In this document: piece by piece, positions 52,110 through 59,636 of the stretch | Layout: every line of letters starts with the position of its first letter | How positions within the stretch are numbered: position 1 is the first letter of the stretch | DNA from: a virus | Reading direction: 5' to 3' (one strand) | Length of the DNA: 64,000 bases | Virus record (IMG/VR): IMGVR_UViG_3300033512_000218 | Location: 1-64,000 of that record | Position numbers and translations under genes: made by a program | Notes under the pieces: model-generated | The model's database searches: none | What the model was told of the DNA's origin: nothing | The model's input: only the letters and a program-made list of their open reading frames with translations

Positions 52110-52664
52110 ATGAAAGCTGAAAAACAAATAATTTACGATGACGAAAATGCAGCCAGATTCGTTGAAAATATCAAAGGTTGGGTTGATATTAATAATCAAT
52201 TTTATGGGAATAATTCAGATTCTGAACATATGGCACGTTGGTCAAGTTGCACACATAAAAAATGTAAATGCGGAAAGCTAATAACTAAAGGATGGACGAA
52301 ATGCGATGAATGTAGAACTAACTCCGAAATTGAAAGATATAACCAACTTACATTTAAAGAATATAATGGTGATATAGTTTATTCACATTATGCTGACCGA
52401 TACTTTATGGATTCTGATGAAATAGAAGATTATTGCTCTGAGGAAGAAATTGAGACTAAAGATTTGAGGCTTGTATTTTGCGAACCAAATAAATTTAGCC
52501 AAATATATAGTGACTATTGGGAAGATGTATTGCAAGAAGATTCAGAAGGCGAATTACCTACGAAGTTACAAGAGGCTTTAGATAATTTAAATAAAATCAT
52601 TTCTGAAATGCCTCCAGCGAGTTATTGCCCAAGTAAAACACGAACTGAATATCGTAGCGTGTAG
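52110..52664 (+). CDS. cassette 4 hypothetical Cys-containing phage protein
   Basis: MKAEKQIIYDDENAA...EHMARWSSCTHKKCKCG...CDEC. Confidence 0.75.
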   Translation: MKAEKQIIYDDENAARFVENIKGWVDINNQFYGNNSDSEHMARWSSCTHKKCKCGKLITKGWTKCDECRTNSEIERYNQLTFKEYNGDIVYSHYADRYFMDSDEIEDYCSEEEIETKDLRLVFCEPNKFSQIYSDYWEDVLQEDSEGELPTKLQEALDNLNKIISEMPPASYCPSKTRTEYRSV

Positions 52665-52670
52665 TATTGG

Positions 52671-52765
52671 CACTAACGGTTGGGTGTATGAAACGTAACC
52701 TAACTACAAACTTTAGTATTAACCACTGAACTATAATAGGTTATGTTTTATACACCTTGTTATAT
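52671..52765. repeat. attC-like site 4
   Basis: CACTAAC ggttg ggtgtatgaaacgtaaccta / taggttatgttttatacacc tt GTTATAT. Confidence 0.88.
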
Positions 52766-52862
52766 GCAGTGCGGACTTATAGTGGAAATGTTGATACGAG
52801 AGATGAACCTTTTTGTTTTATTTTTTGTGCGGTGGGAAAGTAATTAACTTAATAACTAAAAT

Positions 52863-53435
52863 ATGAAATACGAAATAATATACGCTGATCCAGCTTGGGA
52901 ATACAATACAAAGGAATGTTTGGCTAAAACATCAATACTTAATGGAGAATTGAATACCCATTATAGCACAATGACATTGAAAGACTTAAAAGCATTAGAC
53001 GTGCAAAGTATTTCAAATAAAAATTGTATGCTGTTTTTGTGGGTTGTAAGCCCGATGTTAAAAGAAGGTATTGAAGTGATGGAAGCGTGGGGCTTTAAAT
53101 ATGCCACAATAGCTTTTATATGGCACAAGCAAAGAACAAACCCTGGACATTATACAATGAGTGAATGTGAAATTTGCTTGGTAGGGAAGCGTGGCACAAT
53201 ACCAACTCCAAGAGGAGCAAGGAATGTAAGGCAATTTTTATCTGAAATGCGAGGCAAACATTCTGCTAAACCTAATGAAATAAGAACGAGAATTGATACA
53301 ATGTTTCCAACTCAAAATAAAGTAGAATTATTTGCAAGGCAGAATGTTTTAGGATGGGATGCTTGGGGTAACGAATGCGAAAACTCTATAACTATTGGAG
53401 GGGAGGAAAAAAAAATTAAAACAAATTGCGTATAA
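52863..53435 (+). CDS. cassette 5: MT-A70 family adenine methyltransferase
   Basis: IIYADPAW, HYSTM, LFLW, WGFKY, HSAKP, ELFAR, GWDAWGNE; stop inside GTATAAC. Confidence 0.92.
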   Translation: MKYEIIYADPAWEYNTKECLAKTSILNGELNTHYSTMTLKDLKALDVQSISNKNCMLFLWVVSPMLKEGIEVMEAWGFKYATIAFIWHKQRTNPGHYTMSECEICLVGKRGTIPTPRGARNVRQFLSEMRGKHSAKPNEIRTRIDTMFPTQNKVELFARQNVLGWDAWGNECENSITIGGEEKKIKTNCV

Positions 53436-53500
53436 CGAATGGTGCTATGAGCAGGTTTGTGTTGCGCCTGCGGCAAACTTGCTTATAGCACGTGTTACTG
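53430..53500. repeat. attC-like site 5
   Basis: GTATAAC gaatg gtgctatgagcaggtttg / caaacttgcttatagcac gt GTTACTG. Confidence 0.88.
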
Positions 53501-53568
53501 GCTGGCTCGGTTAATTAACCACTAAACTCAAATCGAAGCATTAAACAAAAGAATTTAAAAAAAGAGGG

Positions 53569-54330
53569 ATGGAAAAAAATAAAATATATAACGAAAATTG
53601 CCTTGAAACAATGGCTAAAATGCCTGATAAGTTTGTGGACTTAACGGTTACTTCACCGCCTTATAATATGCGAACACGTATAAGAAACGGACAATATACC
53701 ACAAGAGAGAAAAGCGAACATTTTAGCAAAAAGTATAAGTATTTTGACGATGCTTTACCAATAAATGATTTTTACGAATTTCATAGCAGCGTATTGACTG
53801 AACTATTGAGAGTATCAAAAATTGTTTGCTACAACTTTCAAATAGTGACAGGAAGCAAAGAAGCGTTTTTTAAAATCATTGGCGACTTTAACAAGGATAT
53901 TAAGGATATTATCATTTGGGATAAAGGAAGCGGACAGCCTGCAATGCACGGAATGGTTTTAAATAGCTGCTATGAAATGGTATTGATATTAGAAGATGAT
54001 AAAAGAGCAGGGAGAGCAATACAAAATGCTAAATTCAAAAGAGGTGAAATGAATAACATTTTGAGAATCGGCAGAGGCAAAAAAGTATCTGATGTTCACG
54101 GTGCAATTTTTCCAGAACAACTACCATTTGATTTGATAAACGCTTTTTCAGAAAAAGAAGCATTGATTTACGACCCTTTTATGGGAAGTGGAACTACTGG
54201 ATTAGTAGCAAGTAAATTAGGTAGAAACTATATTGGAAGTGAAATAACAGAAGAATATTGTCAAATAGCTGAAAATCGTATTAAAGAGTGCGGTGGGCTT
54301 TTTTTGAACTCTTTTGAACCGAAATGTTAA
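53569..54330 (+). CDS. cassette 6: N4-cytosine/N6-adenine DNA methyltransferase (beta class)
   Basis: VTSPPYN, H.A.FP, YDPFMGSGTT, GRNYIGSEI. Confidence 0.92.
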   Translation: MEKNKIYNENCLETMAKMPDKFVDLTVTSPPYNMRTRIRNGQYTTREKSEHFSKKYKYFDDALPINDFYEFHSSVLTELLRVSKIVCYNFQIVTGSKEAFFKIIGDFNKDIKDIIIWDKGSGQPAMHGMVLNSCYEMVLILEDDKRAGRAIQNAKFKRGEMNNILRIGRGKKVSDVHGAIFPEQLPFDLINAFSEKEALIYDPFMGSGTTGLVASKLGRNYIGSEITEEYCQIAENRIKECGGLFLNSFEPKC

Positions 54331-54355
54331 ATCGCAGCACAAATGTAGAGCTTGC

Positions 54356-54450
54356 CAGTAACGTTGGTGCTATGAGCAGGTTTGCCTTGCAGAAATGTTC
54401 AAATTTAGCACTAATGTTATTGGCAAACTTGCTTATAGCACGTGTTATGT
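54356..54450. repeat. attC-like site 6
   Basis: CAGTAAC gttg gtgctatgagcaggtttgcc / ggcaaacttgcttatagcac gt GTTATGT; arms same as site 5. Confidence 0.88.
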
Positions 54451-54483
54451 GCCGTTTTTATTCACGAATTTAAAATTAGTAAG

Positions 54484-54996
54484 ATGAAAAAATATGATGT
54501 AATTTATGCCGACCCTGCTTGGCGATATGACTTTAGCAAAAGTAATAGCAGGGAAATTGAAAACCAATACCCAACAATGACCATAGATGAAATATGTGGA
54601 TTAAAAGTACCTGCAAAAGATAACGCTGTGCTTTATATGTGGGCAACTGCACCAAAGCTATTGGAAGCAATAAAAGTATTAAATGCGTGGGGCTTTGAAT
54701 ATAAAACACAAGCAGTTTGGGATAAGGAAATTATCGGAATGGGTTATTGGTTCAGAGGACAACACGAAATATTAATAGTTGCTACAAAGGGTAAATTTTC
54801 ACCACCCGAACAACCATTAAGAATAAGTAGTGTGATTAAGGAAAGGAGAACCAAGCATAGCAAGAAACCGATTTATGTAAGAGATATGATTGAAAAATGG
54901 TTTCCCGATTCTGAACGATTAGAAATGTTTGCCCGAACAAGCGGTGAAAATTGGGATGTTTGGGGAAATGAAGTTGAGAGTAGTGTCGCTCTTTAA
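54484..54996 (+). CDS. cassette 7: MT-A70 family adenine methyltransferase
   Basis: VIYADPAW, YPTM, LYMWAT, WGFEYKT, HSKKP, EMFAR, WGNE. Confidence 0.92.
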   Translation: MKKYDVIYADPAWRYDFSKSNSREIENQYPTMTIDEICGLKVPAKDNAVLYMWATAPKLLEAIKVLNAWGFEYKTQAVWDKEIIGMGYWFRGQHEILIVATKGKFSPPEQPLRISSVIKERRTKHSKKPIYVRDMIEKWFPDSERLEMFARTSGENWDVWGNEVESSVAL

Positions 54997-55002
54997 AATG
55001 GC

Positions 55003-55096
55003 ACATAACGGTTGCGTGTATATTTCAGGTTTGCTTGTACGAACTTTGAATTATGCACAAATGCTGATGCAAACTTGAATATACACGTTGTTAGTA
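55003..55096. repeat. attC-like site 7
   Basis: ACATAAC ggttg cgtgtatatttcaggtttgc / gcaaacttgaatatacacg tt GTTAGTA. Confidence 0.85.
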
Positions 55097-55167
55097 ACAG
55101 TAGCATACGACAATGTTAATTTGAAACGCTACACTTTTTATTTTAAATTTTTAAGGAGGGATTTTTT

Positions 55168-56148
55168 ATGAATATTTTGAGTTTATTTGATGGTATAAGT
55201 TGTGGGCAAATAGCGTTGGAACGTGCTAATATTAAAGTTGATAAATATTACGCAAGTGAAATTGATGCCAATGCTATTAAAGTTACGAAACACAACTACC
55301 CAAATACAATACATATTGGAAGTGTGAATGATATTGATTTTAGTAAATACCAAGATATTGATATTTTAATTGGTGGTAGCCCCTGCCAAGACTTATCACG
55401 TTGTAATTTAGAAAATAAGGGATTAGAAGGAGAACGATCTAAATTATTTTTTAAATACATAGAATCGTTAAAAATTACTAAGCCTAAATATTATGTATTT
55501 GAAAATGTTGGAAGTATGACCAATGAGAATATGGAAACCATAAGTGAATATTTCGGACATAAACCAATTTGTATAAACTCAAATTTAGTTTCTCCACAAA
55601 GCAGAGAAAGATATTATTGGACAAATATACCAAACGTAATACCACCAATAGATAAAAACATTTTGGTTAAGAATATAATTGAAAAAACCGTACCCGAAAA
55701 GTATTACTTAAAAATGGATTATGCTTATGTACCAAAGGAAACAAAACATAATTCAAAAAGCGGATTACAATTTGTTTGTGGTATTATTAGCAAAAAGAAA
55801 TGGCTTGATGATGGGAAAGGAAATTCACGTAATTTTTCACAAGGAAATAGAGTTTATTCGATAAATGGAAAATCTTGTACTATAAATGCAAATGCTGGAG
55901 GATTAGGTGGTAAAAGTGGATTATATTATTTAGAAGATGGAAAGGAATTTAGCAAAAGCAATATAAGAAGATTAACACCATTAGAAACAGAACGATTACA
56001 AACAATACCTGACAACTATACCGATATAATAAACGAAACAAATAGGTACAAATGTATTGGCAATGGTTGGACGGTAGATGTAATTGCACATATTCTTTCT
56101 TTTATAAATGGTTTTGAAAAAACCACAGATCGTGGGCAAAAAATTTAA
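55168..56148 (+). CDS. cassette 8: DNA cytosine-C5 methyltransferase
   Basis: SLFDGISCG, GGSPCQ, FENV, QSRERYYW, GNGW. Confidence 0.93.
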   Translation: MNILSLFDGISCGQIALERANIKVDKYYASEIDANAIKVTKHNYPNTIHIGSVNDIDFSKYQDIDILIGGSPCQDLSRCNLENKGLEGERSKLFFKYIESLKITKPKYYVFENVGSMTNENMETISEYFGHKPICINSNLVSPQSRERYYWTNIPNVIPPIDKNILVKNIIEKTVPEKYYLKMDYAYVPKETKHNSKSGLQFVCGIISKKKWLDDGKGNSRNFSQGNRVYSINGKSCTINANAGGLGGKSGLYYLEDGKEFSKSNIRRLTPLETERLQTIPDNYTDIINETNRYKCIGNGWTVDVIAHILSFINGFEKTTDRGQKI

Positions 56149-56196
56149 AATAAAAAATTATTATGCACGAACCTTGCTACGAAGAAAGGCTATTGT

Positions 56197-56241
56197 TACT
56201 AACTATTATATATAAACAAGTGTATTTAATTTATTGATTAT
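56197..56241 (-). other. array-terminal site (candidate attI equivalent)
   Basis: TAACTATTATATATAAA-N10-TAAtTTATTGAtTAT, repeated with identical spacing at 57841-57882. Confidence 0.6.
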
Positions 56242-56306
56242 GAATACAAAAGACAAAACAAATCTTGAAATTTTCGAAGATATTTCTTGAGTTGAAAATT
56301 ATAAAT

Positions 56307-56372
56307 TTTAACATTTATTAACACAAATTAATTTTGATTTAGTTAATAAATGTTTTATCTTTGTGATATAAT
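56307..56372 (+). promoter_or_regulatory. conserved early promoter repeat
   Basis: same consensus. Confidence 0.85.
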
Positions 56373-56388
56373 TTAAAAAATTAAACAA

Positions 56389-56820
56389 ATGAAACATTTT
56401 ATTACATCATTAAGAGCAACCTCAAAAGAAGAAACATTAAATCGTTTTAAAGAAACAAATGATTATAATGAAAATAAAGTATATTCTGCTAATCTCAATT
56501 GGTATACACAGGATTGGGATATATACGAATATGATTTAAAAGAAGGTGATTATATTGCATTTGAATATGAATATGAAATAGGTGACCCTGAAATAATAGT
56601 TGATAATATTTCATTTGTATATGAAGATAGAGTAATCGTACACTTTTTATATGGTTATAAATCTGAAACTTGTACTATTTTAAAAAAAGATATTTTAGCA
56701 ATAGGAAATAAACTAAATGGAACAACAAAATTATTAGGTTGGACTGGCTTATTTGATATTGTAAATGAAACAGATTTTTTAATTAAAAATATAGAATATG
56801 AAACAAAATCTAATAGTTAA
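56389..56820 (+). CDS. hypothetical protein
   Basis: ORF after promoter repeat. Confidence 0.65.
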   Translation: MKHFITSLRATSKEETLNRFKETNDYNENKVYSANLNWYTQDWDIYEYDLKEGDYIAFEYEYEIGDPEIIVDNISFVYEDRVIVHFLYGYKSETCTILKKDILAIGNKLNGTTKLLGWTGLFDIVNETDFLIKNIEYETKSNS

Positions 56821-57010
56821 AAAAGGACAAATAATTAAAACCGAGAGAAATGAAATTTTCAAAGTTAAATTGGAAAATGATAATATTATTACCTGTACAA
56901 TATCAGGTAAAATGAGATTAAATAAAATTCATTTAATTGAAGGTGATTTCGTAACGGTTGAATTATCTCCTTATGATATGACACGAGGTAGAATTAGTTG
57001 GAAAGGATAA
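56798..57010 (+). CDS. infA: translation initiation factor IF-1
   Basis: FKVKLEN...ISGKMR.N.I.L..GD.V.VELSPYD.TRGRI. Confidence 0.93.
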   Translation: MKQNLIVKKGQIIKTERNEIFKVKLENDNIITCTISGKMRLNKIHLIEGDFVTVELSPYDMTRGRISWKG

Positions 57011-57067
57011 ATTCTATAATATTAAATTTATTATCTATTTTATTATTGGTTTTATAAGATTATATGT

Positions 57068-57390
57068 TTATTTTATTAAAGTTGATACTGTTTCTTCTTC
57101 TTCTTCAGTAAAATATGATAATAAATATTTAATTAATTCAATTGATTTTTTGGCGTATTTTTATTTAGTTTTCTTTTTAAATTATCTAATCTATCTGCTA
57201 TTTTAATAATTATTAATTTATTTCTTGTATCAGAATCGAGTTGTGGTAATATTTGAGTTAAATGATGTAAAGGTTCATTATCAATATTATCAGATGTTTT
57301 GGTTTCACTACTTATATATCTGATTATTTTTTTAGCTTTATCATATATATTAAGTTTATCGATATCTCCTCCTTGTTCTATATAATCATG
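57068..57390 (-). pseudogene. truncated, frameshifted RelA/SpoT-type HD hydrolase
   Basis: manual translation HDYIEQG...IIIKIADRLDNL; no start codon; 5' part missing where the solo cassette begins. Confidence 0.7.
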
Positions 57391-57396
57391 AAATGT

Positions 57397-57489
57397 TTAT
57401 AGCAGTTTGCAATATGAAACGGTTGCATTATAAAACGTTTCAATTTTAGTAATAGCTTGACAGCAACAGTTTTATATTGCTTGTTAGGT
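57397..57489. repeat. attC-like site of solo cassette (left core AGC instead of AAC)
   Basis: TTATAGC agttt gcaatatgaaacggttgc / gcaacagttttatattgc tt GTTAGGT. Confidence 0.78.
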
Positions 57490-57504
57490 ATAATAATTTT
57501 TATT

Positions 57505-57843
57505 ATGGGAATGTACACACAATTTATTATCGAATGCAAGTTAAAAGAAGAAACTCCTTACAAAATTATCGAATGTTTAGAAGATATGATAAACGACATT
57601 GATAATGATTTATTTACTTATAATCGAAATCCTTTAAACAATTATTGTGAAAGCAATAAATATTTTAAATCATTTAAAGATTTAGTGTTAAAAGCACATG
57701 GGGATATAAAAAACTATCAGACTGATATTGATAGGTTTACTGATTTTATAAAACCTTATGTGGAAATAGGGTTTTTAGAAAATAATTCTTTTGCTAAATC
57801 ATTATACGAAGGATATGATGAGTGGACGTATTATTGTACCTAA
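57505..57843 (+). CDS. solo cassette hypothetical protein
   Basis: MGMYTQFII...IKNY..DI..F.DFIKPY; bracketed by GTTAGGTATAATAA / TTATTGTACCTAAC; stop inside the AAC core. Confidence 0.75.
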   Translation: MGMYTQFIIECKLKEETPYKIIECLEDMINDIDNDLFTYNRNPLNNYCESNKYFKSFKDLVLKAHGDIKNYQTDIDRFTDFIKPYVEIGFLENNSFAKSLYEGYDEWTYYCT

Positions 57844-57882
57844 CTATTATATATAAAAATCTCAACCTAAGTTATTGACTAT
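57838..57882 (-). other. second array-terminal site (candidate attI equivalent)
   Basis: 17/17 and 13/15 identity to the two boxes at 56200-56241. Confidence 0.6.
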
Positions 57883-57897
57883 ATTTAAAATTATATT

Positions 57898-57963
57898 TTT
57901 AACATTTATTAACATAATTAAATTTGTATTTTTGATTTATTTAATCTATCTTTGTAATATAAT
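57898..57963 (+). promoter_or_regulatory. conserved early promoter repeat
   Basis: same consensus. Confidence 0.85.
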
Positions 57964-57978
57964 TTAAAAAATAATAAA

Positions 57979-58290
57979 ATGAAAGATTTATCAAATTTAT
58001 CAATTAGTCAATTGGAAAAATATAAGGATGATTATATTGCCTTATACGTTGGTGATTTTTATAAACCTTTGGATTATAAAAAAACAATTCAATATATTAA
58101 TCAATTATTGGATTATAAACAAATTAAATTAAAAAATAAAATTCAGAAAAAAATATATACTCAAAATGAAGTATTTGGATTATTATCAAAAATATTACAG
58201 GACTATGACACTGTACTACAAGATAATAATATTAATACATTATTGATACAGTTTGATAAAAGGGAATGGTTTAATAAACACAAAAAATAA
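57979..58290 (+). CDS. hypothetical protein
   Basis: ORF after promoter. Confidence 0.6.
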   Translation: MKDLSNLSISQLEKYKDDYIALYVGDFYKPLDYKKTIQYINQLLDYKQIKLKNKIQKKIYTQNEVFGLLSKILQDYDTVLQDNNINTLLIQFDKREWFNKHKK

Positions 58291-58296
58291 AAAAAT

Positions 58297-58593
58297 ATGA
58301 AAATAATTTATTTAGGACAAGAAATTGATAATTCAGTTGAACAAGAAATTATCAGTGATGAGGAAATTGGATTTAATGTTTCTTATAACTTTAAAGAAGG
58401 AACAAGACCTTATAAAAGTGTAACAGTATATAATGTATCTGGATTTTATTATTTAGGAGAACAATTGGAAAATGGCTTTTCCTTACATAGTCAAATACAT
58501 GACAATGAAATTAATAGTAACATTAAAGATATTGATATAATCAAAATAGATATATCTGATAGAGTATATACTGAATTTAAAAGGTATGAATAA
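58297..58593 (+). CDS. hypothetical protein
   Basis: 98-aa ORF in operon. Confidence 0.6.
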   Translation: MKIIYLGQEIDNSVEQEIISDEEIGFNVSYNFKEGTRPYKSVTVYNVSGFYYLGEQLENGFSLHSQIHDNEINSNIKDIDIIKIDISDRVYTEFKRYE

Positions 58594-58942
58594 AGAAATA
58601 AAAATAGGTAATAATATTTATACGGATAATCTTAAATCATTAAATCCTACTTATGAAAATAGTGGGATTTATGAAAATGAAAGTTGTTTTAAAATAAGCA
58701 ATCTATTATTTGATTATGAAATTTATATATCTAAAAAACATAAAGAAGGTATTAGATTAAAAAATATGATTTATGATAAAAAAAATATAAATGATATTAT
58801 AAACTATTTAAATCTTATAATAATAAAATCAATAAAAATAAGTGATATTAAACGTGAAATTAATTATTTGGAAAATATTGCTTATCTTAAAGGTAAAGAA
58901 GATATGAAAACTGAATTTAGAAACTTATTAAATTTAAAATAA
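58586..58942 (+). CDS. hypothetical protein
   Basis: 118-aa ORF in operon. Confidence 0.6.
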   Translation: MNKEIKIGNNIYTDNLKSLNPTYENSGIYENESCFKISNLLFDYEIYISKKHKEGIRLKNMIYDKKNINDIINYLNLIIIKSIKISDIKREINYLENIAYLKGKEDMKTEFRNLLNLK

Positions 58943-58943
58943 A

Positions 58944-59582
58944 ATGGATACAAATTATATATTAAAACCTGTTTCAATAAGTGAACGATTAACTGAATAT
59001 TTAATCGAAATACCAGTAATTAGTTCTGGAATTAATAGAACTGCATATTTGGATAGGGATAAAAAATTTTATTTAGTAACAGGTGAAGAAATAGATGTTG
59101 AATATTGGTATGAACCAATAAAATTATCTGAATTAGATAGTTTTAAAATATTACCTACTGAAAAAAGGTTGAAACAAAGAGAGGAATTGGATTGGATGCA
59201 TCCTTCTGATATAGCATTACTATATCATAAAGCTCTTGAATACACTGAAAAACAAAACATTAAATTACAATTAGAAATTAAAAAATTAGAAGATTTATTA
59301 TCTGCTACAGTTATGTCTGATTTAGAAAGACATAATGATTTAATTGAAAAACATGGAGAAATTTCTTGGCAAATTGAAGAACTTGCCAATAATAGAGATA
59401 GCGAAGATGGAATGTCAAATTCATTATTCAGACAATTAGTTAGAGAATTATTGGAACAGGGAGCAAATAAAAGATATATTAATTCAATTGATTCTATTAA
59501 AGAATCATATTGTTATAAAACATATGATAAATTTTTAAATAATGCATTAAAAATAGCATCATATGGAAAACTTAAAAAATAA
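58944..59582 (+). CDS. hypothetical protein
   Basis: 212-aa ORF in operon. Confidence 0.65.
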   Translation: MDTNYILKPVSISERLTEYLIEIPVISSGINRTAYLDRDKKFYLVTGEEIDVEYWYEPIKLSELDSFKILPTEKRLKQREELDWMHPSDIALLYHKALEYTEKQNIKLQLEIKKLEDLLSATVMSDLERHNDLIEKHGEISWQIEELANNRDSEDGMSNSLFRQLVRELLEQGANKRYINSIDSIKESYCYKTYDKFLNNALKIASYGKLKK

Positions 59583-59636
59583 TTAAAATTATGAAAATAC
59601 AATTAAACTAATTTTTAAACACTTAAAATACAAAAT

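Larger units (their letters stand above)
51178..56241 (+). mobile_element. integron-like gene-cassette array (8 genes, 7 hairpin sites, terminal site)
   Basis: alternating genes and AAC-hairpin-GTT sites; cassette-specific GTT...AAC inverted repeats; visibly higher G+C than flanks; 5' boundary uncertain. Confidence 0.85.

Noticed and set aside
51449-55096. CRISPR array or plain terminators/REP elements as the explanation for the hairpins
   Set aside because: The repeats differ in sequence and are separated by whole genes, have no poly-T tails, and show cassette-specific GTT/AAC complementarity that terminators would not.
51136-57504. ORF-track starts at 51136, 51458, 51682, 51981, 54442 and 57457
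   Set aside because: These are extensions through hairpin sites, mostly with GTG/TTG starts. The downstream ATGs (51211, 51482, 51754, 52110, 54484, 57505) follow AT-rich leaders and fit better.
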